Positions 1 to 10,900 of a DNA stretch of 64,000 nucleotides are shown piece by piece. The translations under genes were made by a program, and so were the position numbers. The notes under the pieces are model-generated. The model had not been told where the DNA came from. It made no database searches and saw only the letters and a program-made list of their open reading frames with translations. The stretch comes from an uncultured Phocaeicola sp. (lineage in GTDB: Bacteria > Bacteroidota > Bacteroidia > Bacteroidales > Bacteroidaceae): assembly GCA_944320605.1 (NCBI GenBank), contig CALUIE010000001.1:24191-88190 (forward strand), written 5' to 3'. Every line of letters starts with the position of its first letter. The stretch's first letter is position 1.

Positions 1-575
1 ACGATGAATTCAACCGTTACCTTGTAATGAGAGGTGACGCCGACCTGGCAGGTTCCGGAATGTTTATCAGACCGGACATCGACCGGTATTACGGCGAATC
101 CCCTACATATACCGTAGCCCCGGACAACCCCGCTCCTGCTACAATAAGCCTGGTAAGGGCGACATTCGGCTTGAATGTAACAGTCAAGAACCTTACCGAA
201 GGAAAACTATACATAGAGACTGAAGGTACGCCAAGGGTATCCATTTCATATCCCGAAACGGAAGTGTCGTACATCTTCTCCGCACGTTCCACATACGATG
301 CGTATAGGGTTGACTGCGAAGGGAAAACCGAGTTCACAAATGAATATGCAGAAAGAATCAATGTGAACATAACGTACGTGACCGCCAATGGGCTTGAAAT
401 ACCCGTAAAGCAGGATGATTATTGGTTCTATCGCAATGAATGTACCAATCTTGAGGTAACCGTCAGCGGCACTGCCGTCGGTTCCGGAATTAACATAAAC
501 GTCGAGGATACGGAAATGAAAGACGACAATCAGATGATAGAATTTGTAGGTGGCGGCGATTACAAGAAGAATTAA
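1..575 (+). CDS. Fimbrillin-like/surface lipoprotein, probably 5'-truncated by the window edge
   Basis: Beta-rich ORF sharing the FG(L/M)N(V/I)TxxNxTEG motif with the downstream lipoprotein; true start probably upstream of the window. Confidence 0.5.
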   Translation, partial: DEFNRYLVMRGDADLAGSGMFIRPDIDRYYGESPTYTVAPDNPAPATISLVRATFGLNVTVKNLTEGKLYIETEGTPRVSISYPETEVSYIFSARSTYDAYRVDCEGKTEFTNEYAERINVNITYVTANGLEIPVKQDDYWFYRNECTNLEVTVSGTAVGSGININVEDTEMKDDNQMIEFVGGGDYKKN

Positions 576-603
576 ATACGTTACACATAACGGTCAGTAA
601 AAT

Positions 604-1500
604 ATGAAAACAATTAATTATCTGATATTTTTAGGAACGGTTATCACGATGTCGTTCGGACTGTATTCGTGTGCCGATACTGATATACCCAACTGTGGAA
701 CAGACAGTTCCGATGAATATGTTGAAGTATCGCTTAAATGTTCGGGCGACATAGCCGACATGGGGGCGACACCAATGTCGAGGGCGGACGGGACAGATTT
801 ATACTTATTCCACGTTCTTGTGCAGGAATTTATAAATGGCATGGAATACTCGATGTCATACGCCCACGGACTGTTCAACGATATAAGCGATGTCACAGTC
901 AAGCTGAAGACTAACGATAGATACATTGTGGTTTGTACCATGATAGAGAATGGAGCGAACGTAATATACAGTGAAGAGCGTGAAGATTTCACATATTACT
1001 CTTTCCCTTTTGATTGTCAGCTTACCAATTCCTTCATCTATGACGCGGATACAGATATAGAACCGGTGTTAATTGGAAACGCGGTGATATTCGAGAATGG
1101 TAATTGGACATATTCTTCCATGCCTTCCGTCAAACGCTATTTCGGCGTATCGGATATATATAGCCACGCAGTGGGCGGGACATTGTCCGTCAATCTGAAG
1201 AATATGACATTCGGCATGAACATCACGGCAAACAATTTCACCGAAGGCACAATCAACATCTGGATAGAAGGCTATAAAAAAGTCTCGTTCGATAGCGGCG
1301 AACAAAGCAAGTCGGCATATTTTTCCATAAGTGACTTGATCACAGCTTATGAAAATCCTGAAAATCCTGAAAATCATGAGATTATGGCAGAATGGGTTGA
1401 TGCTCTGGGTACGTCTCATTTTATAGATGTAAAAGAAGTCGGCTTTTTCCCCAATACCATAAAAAACATCACTGTCAATGTCCCTCCATCAGGAAATTAG
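604..1500 (+). CDS. Lipoprotein, fimbrillin-like paralog of the upstream gene
   Basis: Signal peptide II ending LYSC; 'TPMSRA' processing-type motif; FGMNITANNFTEG. Confidence 0.6.
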   Translation: MKTINYLIFLGTVITMSFGLYSCADTDIPNCGTDSSDEYVEVSLKCSGDIADMGATPMSRADGTDLYLFHVLVQEFINGMEYSMSYAHGLFNDISDVTVKLKTNDRYIVVCTMIENGANVIYSEEREDFTYYSFPFDCQLTNSFIYDADTDIEPVLIGNAVIFENGNWTYSSMPSVKRYFGVSDIYSHAVGGTLSVNLKNMTFGMNITANNFTEGTINIWIEGYKKVSFDSGEQSKSAYFSISDLITAYENPENPENHEIMAEWVDALGTSHFIDVKEVGFFPNTIKNITVNVPPSGN

Positions 1501-1516
1501 ACAAATATTATCATAC

Positions 1517-1558
1517 AAAAAGACAGTGCGGACAGAAATAGCCCGCACTGTCTTTTTT
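1517..1558. terminator. Bidirectional rho-independent terminator
   Basis: AAAAAGACAGTGCGG-loop-CCGCACTGTCTTTTTT between convergent genes. Confidence 0.9.
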
Positions 1559-1571
1559 ATGTAATGAAGTA

Positions 1572-2426
1572 TTAAAGGTTTTCAATTTCCTTCCCGCTCA
1601 GTCCCGTAGCCTTGCTGATGGCATCTGTCGGCATTCCCATGCTTTTCAGGTTACGTGCAACCTCTATGATGCCTTCTTCACGTCCTTCCGCACGTCCCTC
1701 CGCTCTTTCCGTATTTATGTTGTCACGCAATATCACTATGTTGTCAAGGTGCCTGTAATAAGCGTTCTTTTCGTCCTTGTTCATATTGTCTATCTTCAGT
1801 TTCTCCCTTGCCACATCCAGTCCCGGGGCCTTGGCGTTGTCGTCTATCTGTCCCGTGTTCAGGTATGCTATCCATTCCTCAAGCGGTGTCTTTGCCACAC
1901 TGTTGAAGTCGTTCACCTTAAGGATGTAATATTCCGGATAAAGTTGGCTCACCACATCCACCTTGAATGTCTGTTTCTGGAAAGGTGTCAGTTCAAGTAT
2001 GTCATTGTTGTGTATTCCCCTGAATTCGGTCTTCCCGTGATATACTATGTCTTTCCCGTGTCCGAGGGAGAAATACACAATGTTCACGCTATACACCTTT
2101 CGCACCTTGTCGTACCCCTCGCCACGGTTGATGTATTCCGTCACAAGCTTCGACGTGCCGAACAGCATCCTCTGGAAGTAGGCATACTCGTTGTTGTTCT
2201 GTACCTCGATAAGTACCAGCTCCCCTTTCGAGTTTTCAGCCAGCATGTCCACACGGTTGTATTTGTCGAATTCCTCCTCCTGGTTGCTCTCGCTTTCCAG
2301 CAGGTTCACTATCTTTATCTCTTCATTGAGCAGGGTTGTAAGCAGTCCTTCCAAGACCTGGAAATTGGCCTTGTTGCGTAGCAGGCGTTTCATCGCCCAG
2401 TCAAAACGAATGTATTTACTCTCCAT
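1572..2426 (-). CDS. Rpn family (PD-(D/E)XK nuclease / putative transposase) protein
   Basis: YIRFDWAMKRLLR start, RVDMLA..LIEVQ nuclease motif, RAEG/REEG repeats, C-terminal ISKATGLS HTH; likely ATG at 2426. Confidence 0.9.
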   Translation of the reverse strand: MESKYIRFDWAMKRLLRNKANFQVLEGLLTTLLNEEIKIVNLLESESNQEEEFDKYNRVDMLAENSKGELVLIEVQNNNEYAYFQRMLFGTSKLVTEYINRGEGYDKVRKVYSVNIVYFSLGHGKDIVYHGKTEFRGIHNNDILELTPFQKQTFKVDVVSQLYPEYYILKVNDFNSVAKTPLEEWIAYLNTGQIDDNAKAPGLDVAREKLKIDNMNKDEKNAYYRHLDNIVILRDNINTERAEGRAEGREEGIIEVARNLKSMGMPTDAISKATGLSGKEIENL

Positions 2427-2455
2427 AATCCTGATATTAAAATCTAAATACGGTT

Positions 2456-2537
2456 CAAAGATACGAAAAGTCGAGTGGAGCGCCAAATTTATTTGGGCTA
2501 TTCCGTGACCAGGCTATCTTCGACGGAGTCAAAGATA
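2456..2537 (-). repeat. Short hairpin element bounded by duplicated TATCTTTG promoter boxes (copy A)
   Basis: Minus strand TATCTTTG..AAGATAGCCTG..GGAAT..hairpin..CTCG..TATCTTTG; same architecture as 19797-19886. Confidence 0.6.
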
Positions 2538-2580
2538 ATAAAAAAATCCTGACAGACAAAACTTTGGCAAAACGACATCC

Positions 2581-2686
2581 TTAATTCTTAATTGTTATCT
2601 TTTAATTCTTAATTAGCTTCGCTCAAAACCTCTTTTGATATTTTCATTAAGGAATAGTCTTAATTCTTAATTTTTAATTTTTAATT
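2581..2686. repeat. AT-rich heptamer tandem repeats (TTAATT(C/T/A))n
   Basis: 7-nt periodicity; related arrays near 2942, 4058, 19229, 29857 and 53062. Confidence 0.8.
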
Positions 2687-2931
2687 CAATACGGTTCCCC
2701 CAAGTGCTTCACAATGATTTCCACTTCCGATTTCAGCAGGTATTGCCTGTTCTTGTCATATCCCGCCGCCTCTAATTCTTTCATCATCATTGTACATCTT
2801 GCAAACCAGCGGCGGAAATTCCTCGATGCCGACTCCTTTGTGGCATTCGGAAAATAAAGCATTGCCAGTTCACACTTCTTGTATGTCCTGGGCTTGAAAA
2901 CCTCTTCCTCCAATATTTCTTCACTAATCAT
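2686..2931 (-). CDS. DUF4248 family small HTH-like protein
   Basis: RTYKKxELAMxYFP..A.RNFRRW..EVEIIVKHLGEP; paralog at 29480. Confidence 0.9.
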   Translation of the reverse strand: MISEEILEEEVFKPRTYKKCELAMLYFPNATKESASRNFRRWFARCTMMMKELEAAGYDKNRQYLLKSEVEIIVKHLGEPY

Positions 2932-3252
2932 ACTTTTTCAGTTCTTAATTTTTAACTCTTAATTATTAATTATCAACCAATTCTTCCATAAATTTACTAA
3001 AAAAAGCCCGTTTCCACAAATCATTGTCCTGTAACTTTGGCAGTTTGTCCTCCTTTGTTCGTGTTTTTCCTTTATCGTAGGCATTACCGGTGCAAAAACA
3101 GTATGTTTGAGGATGTTGTTTAAAAAATGGCTACAGAAACCGTCTGATTATTTTCATAATCATAAAAAAACGTTTCATTGCTTCCCAAAAAAAACTAAAT
3201 CGCTTGGTTATTATTACTAAAGAACATACTTTTGTATCGAAATTCAATTATT

Positions 3253-4050
3253 ATGAAGAAATATATAGTATTATCATTGTTCGCTGCCATGTTCTTGGGC
3301 AGCTGCTCCTCATATAAGAATGTGCCTTATATGCAGGACATAGAGACAGTAAACAACTACGGAAAGGTAATACCCCTTTATGACGCTAAAATCATGCCGA
3401 AGGACCTTCTCAGTATCACAGTAAACACAACCGATCCTGCGGCTGCGGCACCATTCAATCTTACTGTGCAGACGGATTATACATCCACTCTTACACAGAG
3501 CAAGTACACCACAACAACCCCGATGCTACAGCAATATCTGGTCAATAACGATGGTGAGATAGATTTCCCTGTTATCGGCAGCATCAAGATTGGCGGACTA
3601 ACCAAGAACGAGGCTGAAGATATGATCCGTGAGAAACTCATGCCATACCTCAAGGAGACACCTATCGTAACTGTGCGTATGGTCAACTATAAGATATCCG
3701 TATTGGGAGAAGTGAACCGTCCCGGTACTTTCACCATCAATAATGAAAAGGTAAATATCCTCGAGGCTCTTGCCATGGCAGGCGACATGACCGTATATGG
3801 AGTCCGCACCAATGTGAAACTTATCCGTGAGGACGCCGACGGAAAGCGCGAGATAAAGGAACTCGACCTTACAAAGAGCGACCTCATACTCTCTCCTTAT
3901 TTTTATCTGAGACAGAACGACATTATCTATGTCACACCAAACTCCACTGTAGCCAGAAACTCTGATATTGGTAATACAACCACCACATGGATCTCAGCCA
4001 CATCAATCATGGTGTCAATAGCCAGCTTGCTTGTAAATATATTAAGATAA
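3253..4050 (+). CDS. wza: Polysaccharide export lipoprotein (Wza/OPX family)
   Basis: Lipobox LGSC; D-G-x-I-D-F-P-V-I-G Poly_export motif; SLBB domain (VLGEVNRPG). Confidence 0.92.
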   Translation: MKKYIVLSLFAAMFLGSCSSYKNVPYMQDIETVNNYGKVIPLYDAKIMPKDLLSITVNTTDPAAAAPFNLTVQTDYTSTLTQSKYTTTTPMLQQYLVNNDGEIDFPVIGSIKIGGLTKNEAEDMIREKLMPYLKETPIVTVRMVNYKISVLGEVNRPGTFTINNEKVNILEALAMAGDMTVYGVRTNVKLIREDADGKREIKELDLTKSDLILSPYFYLRQNDIIYVTPNSTVARNSDIGNTTTTWISATSIMVSIASLLVNILR

Positions 4051-4098
4051 GTACTGATTTTTAATTGTTAATTTTTAATTATTAATTCTCAACATATC

Positions 4099-6540
4099 GT
4101 GGAAAAGGAAATTTTCAATGAAATGGAAGAGGCACAGGAAAAGCCTTTCAACATTTACGAAATAGTATTCAAATACCTTGTCTATTGGCCGTGGTTCATT
4201 GTCAGCGTTATATTCTGCCTGGGATGCGCTTTCCTTTATATGCGCTACTCCACCCCCATCTATTCCGTACATTCATCTGTACTCATCAAGGAAGCCGATC
4301 CCCGTTCGCGCATGATGGGCGGTAGTGCCCTTGTCGCGCTTCAGGATGTGGGCGGATTTACCATGACCAGCAGTTTCGACAATGAGGTAGAGATACTCAA
4401 ATCCGTAACTCTTGCAAATAAGGTTGTAACAGATATGGGGCTTTATATATCCACATCGCTCGACCGCACTTTCGGTTACGATGTACCACTCTACAAGAAT
4501 TCCCCTCTCAAAGTCTATATGAACCCTCTTGAGGCAGACAAGTTGGACGGAGCTGTATCATTGAAGATGAAATATGAGTTCAGCGGAAAACTTTCCGTAA
4601 AAGGCAAGTATTACATCGAGGATGAAGACTATAAGCTCGAGGAACAGACATTCACAGCCCTTCCGGCGGTTCTTTCCACCCCTGTGGGAGTAATCACCAT
4701 CAGCAGGAACGAGGCTTTTACAGAAGAAATGCAGCAGAAGATGGAGAAAGACTATGTAAACCTCAAGGCTGCGGTAGTTCCCCCTCTTGCGGCTGCCAAA
4801 TACTATGCGGCAAACCTTTCAGTGGAACCTACGTCAAAGACCACTACCATTGCAGCCCTTTCGCTTGCCACATCAAACCGTCTTCTCGGTATCGACTATA
4901 TCAACAACCTTGTAAAGCAGTATAACGACGATGCCAACGACGAGAAAAACCAGGTAGCAAGCCGCACGGCAGAATTTATTGACGAACGTCTTGCCATCAT
5001 CAATGCAGAACTTGGCACAACAGAAAGCGAGATGGCAGAGTTCAAGCAGCGTGCCGGACTTACCGACATGGAGAACGACGCAAAGGTTGTACTCGAGGAA
5101 AATACCAAATATGAGCAACAGCGCATTCAGAACGCCACACAGATCAGCCTTGTGGAGTTCCTGAAGGGCTATATCAATAATCCGGCGAATGAAAATGAGG
5201 TTATCCCGGCGAATGTGGGACTCGAAGACCCTGCCCTTGCATCTGTCATTTCTCAGTACAACACCATGCTTATAGAGCGCAAACGCCTGTTGCTTACTTC
5301 TTCCGAGAGCAACCCTGCAGTGATAAACCTCAATACTGGAATCGAGGCCATGCGCACCAGTGTGCAGACCAGTGTGGAAAGCGTACTCGAAGGACTTAAA
5401 ATCGCCAAGGCTGACCTCGACCGCAAGGCACGCCGCCTTGAATCACGCATCAGCAACGCCCCACAGTACGAGAAGGAATTCCTCAACATAGCGCGTCAAC
5501 AGGAGATTAAGGCTGAACTTTACACCATCCTGCTCCAGAAGCGCGAGGAAAATGCCATCACTCTTGCCGCTACAGCCAACAACGGCCGTATTATAGAAAT
5601 GCCGTTGCCATCAAAAAAACCTGTATCACCAAAGAAACAGATGATAGCCCTTGCCGCTCTTGTTATCGGTTTGGGACTCCCTGTGGGAATCGTTTATCTG
5701 CGCGACCTCCTGAAGTACAAGATTGAGGACCGTGCCGATGTGGAACGTATCACAGACGTTGCCGTTCTTGCCGAGTTGCCTAAGAGTGAGACACCTAAGA
5801 AGGGTGCCATCGTGATACAGGAGAACAAGAACAACATCATGGAAGAAGTGTTCCGCGGTCTCCGTACCAACCTCCTTTTCATGCTTGAGAAAGGCAAGAA
5901 AGTCATCATGGTGTCATCCACACAGCCTGGCGAAGGAAAATCTTTCGTTGCCGGAAACCTTGCCGTCAGCCTTGCGTTCTTAGGCAAGAAGGTCATCATC
6001 GTCGGTATGGACATCCGCAAGCCTGGGCTCAACAAAGTGTTCAACCTAAGCACCCGGGTTTATGGTATCACCAACTATCTGAGCGATCCTGAAGGTGTCA
6101 AACTGATGGATATGGTACAGCATTCCGATATCAGCACTAACCTTGATATCCTTCCGGGCGGTCCAGTACCTCCTAACCCTACGGAACTTGTCACACGCGA
6201 TGTCCTCGACAATGCCATTGCCCAGCTCCGTGAGAAGTACGACTATGTGATACTCGATACAGCCCCTATCGCCATGGTGCCCGATTCAGCCATCATAGGT
6301 CGTGTGGCAGATATCCTGGTATATGTATGCCGTGCCGATGTCACACCTAAGGCAGGCTTCGAATACATCAATGTCCTGAAGGCAGAGAAGAAGTTCCCTA
6401 AACTTGCCACAGTACTCAACGGTATAGACATGTCACAGCGACGCCACACTTACGGCTACGGATACGGTCGCAAGTACGGCTATGGCCGCGGTTACGGTTA
6501 TGGCTACGGTTATGGGGAAGAAGAAACAAAGAAAAAATAA
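4099..6540 (+). CDS. wzc: Polysaccharide co-polymerase tyrosine kinase (Wzc)
   Basis: Two TM segments, coiled periplasmic region, Walker A GEGKS, C-terminal (YG)n tyrosine cluster. Confidence 0.95.
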   Translation: MEKEIFNEMEEAQEKPFNIYEIVFKYLVYWPWFIVSVIFCLGCAFLYMRYSTPIYSVHSSVLIKEADPRSRMMGGSALVALQDVGGFTMTSSFDNEVEILKSVTLANKVVTDMGLYISTSLDRTFGYDVPLYKNSPLKVYMNPLEADKLDGAVSLKMKYEFSGKLSVKGKYYIEDEDYKLEEQTFTALPAVLSTPVGVITISRNEAFTEEMQQKMEKDYVNLKAAVVPPLAAAKYYAANLSVEPTSKTTTIAALSLATSNRLLGIDYINNLVKQYNDDANDEKNQVASRTAEFIDERLAIINAELGTTESEMAEFKQRAGLTDMENDAKVVLEENTKYEQQRIQNATQISLVEFLKGYINNPANENEVIPANVGLEDPALASVISQYNTMLIERKRLLLTSSESNPAVINLNTGIEAMRTSVQTSVESVLEGLKIAKADLDRKARRLESRISNAPQYEKEFLNIARQQEIKAELYTILLQKREENAITLAATANNGRIIEMPLPSKKPVSPKKQMIALAALVIGLGLPVGIVYLRDLLKYKIEDRADVERITDVAVLAELPKSETPKKGAIVIQENKNNIMEEVFRGLRTNLLFMLEKGKKVIMVSSTQPGEGKSFVAGNLAVSLAFLGKKVIIVGMDIRKPGLNKVFNLSTRVYGITNYLSDPEGVKLMDMVQHSDISTNLDILPGGPVPPNPTELVTRDVLDNAIAQLREKYDYVILDTAPIAMVPDSAIIGRVADILVYVCRADVTPKAGFEYINVLKAEKKFPKLATVLNGIDMSQRRHTYGYGYGRKYGYGRGYGYGYGYGEEETKKK

Positions 6541-6560
6541 TGAAGTTGATAAATTAATAG

Positions 6561-6606
6561 AAATATAAAGGAGTTGGAGAATATCTAACTCCTTTATATT
6601 TTTTTT
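6561..6606 (+). terminator. Rho-independent terminator after wzc
   Basis: AAATATAAAGGAGTT..AACTCCTTTATATTT followed by a T run. Confidence 0.85.
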
Positions 6607-6794
6607 GAATAGTCCGGAATAGTTTCCTATTCTCTGAATATTGTGTAACCTTTGTTAAAGTCAGGTGTCATAATCTTACAATTTACTTCATTTAAAATTT
6701 TATATATCAGATACATAACAGATATATAAATAATTCTTATATTTGCTTTATTGTTTATAAAAAATATATTTCGGTGATTAATAAAAATACAGTT

Positions 6795-7931
6795 ATGCAA
6801 GAAAAGTTTAAATATTTCGCCTTTATATCTTATAACTCACACGATACAAAATGGGGTAAGAAACTTCAGAAGAAACTTGAAGGATACCGTATGTCGTCCA
6901 CTTTGTGTAAAGAACATAATTGGAAACGCAAGCCTATCAATCCTGTTTTCTTCGCTCCTTCCGACATACAACCCGGAGGTCTTAGTGCTGAACTGCAGGC
7001 GCGTCTTAAAGCCTCCCGCTACCTTATAGTGATATGCTCTCCCCATTCTGCCAAGTCAGATTGGGTGGGAAAGGAAATATCCTATTTCCATAGCCTCGGG
7101 AGAGCGGAAAACATTCACTTTTTTATAATAGACGGAATTCCTCACAGTGGAAACCGTGAAACAGAGTGTCTGCATCCGATAATCAATGAGCTTGGCTTGC
7201 CCGAAATACTTGGCGCAAACATAAACGAGAAGACATACCGCTGGTCGTGGTTAAACAGAGAACGTGCGTATGTTCAGCTTATAACCAAACTCTTGGGAAT
7301 AGAGTTCGATACATTATGGCAGCGTCATCGCCGTTTGTTGCTCCAAAAGGCCATTGCCCTTGTTTGCGGAGTAATTGTATTTTTGTCTGCTGTATTGTTG
7401 GCATGGACGCTTAACCAGCCATTCAACGTAAACATGTCGTTGGTCGAGGATGGAGTTGTCAATAATGATTTGCCCCCATTGAAAGACGCGATTGTAACAA
7501 TAGAGGTTGATGAAGAAACCAAGAAAGATACAATAAGCAATGTCGGCGATAAAGCCACGTTTCTGCACATCCCGCACAAATACATTAATAAAGATATTAG
7601 AGTAAAGGTCAGTTGTAAAAACTATATTGACGTTGATACTGTAATGCCGCTCGGTAAGTCCATGAATATAAGCATGAAAAGAGATGCTTCGGTATTCGGC
7701 AACGTGCGCTTTCGCCTGTGGAACATCAATAAAGAGCAAACCGTACCTCACTGTGTAGTATATATTGATGACAACAAAGTTATATCGGACAATAACGGTG
7801 TGGTTTCCGTCAATGTACCGGTTGACAGGCAAAAATCTCAATATAAAATAAAATCAGATAATATTCAGCTTCTGGACAGTATTGTATATATGCCATGCGG
7901 AGTTGATGATGTGATTTTGTGTAAAAGATAA
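6795..7931 (+). CDS. TIR-domain single-pass membrane protein with extracytoplasmic beta-sandwich domains
   Basis: AFISY, LIVICSP, WVGKEI (catalytic-type Glu); RHRR then a hydrophobic TM; C-terminal beta-rich repeats (LPPLKDAIVTI, SDNNGVVSV). Confidence 0.88.
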   Translation: MQEKFKYFAFISYNSHDTKWGKKLQKKLEGYRMSSTLCKEHNWKRKPINPVFFAPSDIQPGGLSAELQARLKASRYLIVICSPHSAKSDWVGKEISYFHSLGRAENIHFFIIDGIPHSGNRETECLHPIINELGLPEILGANINEKTYRWSWLNRERAYVQLITKLLGIEFDTLWQRHRRLLLQKAIALVCGVIVFLSAVLLAWTLNQPFNVNMSLVEDGVVNNDLPPLKDAIVTIEVDEETKKDTISNVGDKATFLHIPHKYINKDIRVKVSCKNYIDVDTVMPLGKSMNISMKRDASVFGNVRFRLWNINKEQTVPHCVVYIDDNKVISDNNGVVSVNVPVDRQKSQYKIKSDNIQLLDSIVYMPCGVDDVILCKR

Positions 7932-7945
7932 ATGACGGTTCCGGT

Positions 7946-10900
7946 ATGAAAAGGATTTTTATCTTCATTCTGCTTTCAGTCTCCTTTTTTGTGTCATACG
8001 CTCAGACACAATCCGGATATGTCAGGACATTGGGCCGTCCTGATAAAAAGGGAGAGCCCTTGAGTGGTGTGTCCATACGTGCAAAAGGAGAACATAACAC
8101 AGTGTTGAGCAACGAGGATGGCAATTTTTCTTTGTTGCTTACCGGCAAGAAGAATGGAGACGCATACTCCCTGCAACAGGTCGTGAAAAGCGGATATGAG
8201 CTGAACGAGTCGGGTGTTATAGGCCGTCCGTATGCTTTCTCAGATAAAATCCCCCTCACCATCGTAATGGTTTCTACAGCCCAACTTCAGGCTGAAAAAA
8301 TCAGGATAGAGAATAACGCGTACCGGGTTGCCGAAAACAACTACAAGCTCCGTCTTGCCTCTTTGGAGAAACAGAGAGAAGAAAAATCCATCACTGCGGA
8401 GGAGTACCGCAAAGAAATTCAGAACCTTCAGGACAGGTTCGAGAAGTACCAGTCACTGATAAGCAGTCTTGCCGAACACTATGCGCATACCGACTATGAT
8501 GTTCTTAATGAGACAGAGCGTGAGATCAATCTCTGCATAGAAAACGGCGATCTGGAGCGTGCCGACTCTCTGATACATACATTGTTCAATCCTGTTGACG
8601 TCTTGAAACGCAACAGCGAGTCTCTGGCACGTATTGACCGGAATATCCGTCAGGCCAACGAGATTATCCGCCAGGCCAATGAGGACATGGCTGCCGTATT
8701 GAAACAACAGGCTAAAGACGCTGAATACCTGTATCAGCTCTATACCATTTCGTTAGCCCGTTTTGACAATGAAAATGCTGCCCGGTATATTGAAACGAGA
8801 GCACAACTTGACACTACAAATGTGGAGTGGCAGTTAGAGGCCGGAAACTTCTTACGTGAATACTTGGCAGATTATACCAAGGCCATGGAGTATTTCCGGA
8901 AAGCACTGCACCATGCAATGGAACAATCCGGCGAGCAACATCAGGATGTTGCGTACTGTTATAATGATATTGGACTTGTATATTATAGACAAGGGAATTA
9001 TACCAAGGCTTTAGAATTCTATGAGAAAGCGTTGAAGATATTGCAGACTGTTTACGGCGACGGGAATAAAAATGTAGCGGCAATATTAAGTAATATTGGA
9101 AATATATATACATCTCAAGGAAATTATGAGGAGGCATTGGTTTATTTTGACAAGGCTTTAAAAATACAGCTCTCCATATTAGGCGAGCAACATCGGAATG
9201 TCGCAACAACCTACTGTAATATTGGTCTGGTATATGAATATCAAGGAAAATATGTCATGGCTTTGGAATATTTGGAGAAAGCATTGAGAATACAACAGGA
9301 TATACTTGGGGAACAGAATCTTGATGTATCCTATAGTTGCAGTAATATTGGTTCTATATATAGATCTCAAGGAGATTATGTCAAAGCATTGGAATATTTT
9401 CAGAAAACGTTAGAAATACGAAAAAGAATCTTAGGCGACCGACATCCGGAAGTGGCAAGCATATATATTAATATTGGTGTGGTATATCATAATAAAGGTG
9501 ATTATGCGAAGGCGTTAGAATATTATCGGATGGCTCTCGAAATACAGATAATCTTTTTGGGCGAACAACATCCTGACGTAGCATCAAGTTACAATAACAT
9601 AGGTAGTGTCTATAATTCTCAAGGAAACTATGCCAATGCTTTGGAATATTATCAAAAGGCTTTGGAAATAGAACTGAATATTTATGGCGAACAGCATCCT
9701 GACGTATCTCTATGTTACAATAACATAGCTAGTGTTTATGATTCTCAAGGGAATTATGCCAATGCTTTGGAATATTATCAGAAGGCTTTGGGCATAAAAT
9801 TAACTGTTTATGGCAAACAGCATCCTGGCATATCTATAAGTTATAATAACATAGGTTCTATATATAGTTCACAAGGGGATTATCCTAAAGCTTTGGAATA
9901 TTATCAGAAGGCATTAGAAATACAACTGAATATTTATGGCGAACAGCATCCTGACGTAGCTCTAAGTTACAATAACATTGGTGGTATCTATAGTTCTCAA
10001 GGTAATTATGTAAAAGCATTGGAATATTACCGGAAAGCGTTAGAAATACGAAAAGTTATTTTCGGTGAACAGCATCCTGATGTAGCTCTAAGTTACAATA
10101 ACATTGGTTTTGTATATAGTTCCCAAGGGGATTATATCAAGGCTTTAGAGTATTATCAGAAGGCATTGGAAATACAACTGAATATTTATGGTGAACAGCA
10201 TCCGGCTGTGGCTTTAAGTTACAATAACATTGGTGGTATCTATAGTTCTCAAGGTAATTATGTAAAAGAATTGGAATATTACCGGAAAGCGTTAGAAATA
10301 CGAAAAAATATTTATGGTGAGCAGCATCCGGATGTAGCATCAATTTACAATAATATAGGAACAGTATATATAGATCAGGGAAATGCGGTAAAAGGATTGG
10401 AATATTTGGAAAAGTCGTTGGAGATATTTCAAACAGTTTATGGTGAACAGCATCCTGACGTAGCATTAATTTATAATAACATAGGTAATGTCTATGATAC
10501 ACAAGGAGATTATCCTAAAGCATTGGAATATTACAAAAAAGCATTGGATATAAGAAAAGTTATTTTTGGTGAGCAGCATCCTGATGTAGCTACGTCATAT
10601 AATAATATCGGATATGTATATGATTCTCAAGGGGATTATCCTAAAGCTTTGGAATATTATCAGAAGGCATTAGAAATACGAGAAAAAATCCATGGTGAGC
10701 AGCATCCTGACCTAACTACGTCCTATAATAATATCGGATGTATATATAGTTCCCAAGGTGATAATGTCAAAGCATTGGAATATTATAAAAAAGCATTAGA
10801 GATACAAAAAAACATCCATGGTGAGCAGCATCCATCAGTAGCTACTTCATATAATAATATAGGTAATGTCTATGATTCTCAAGGTGATTATGTTAAAGCG

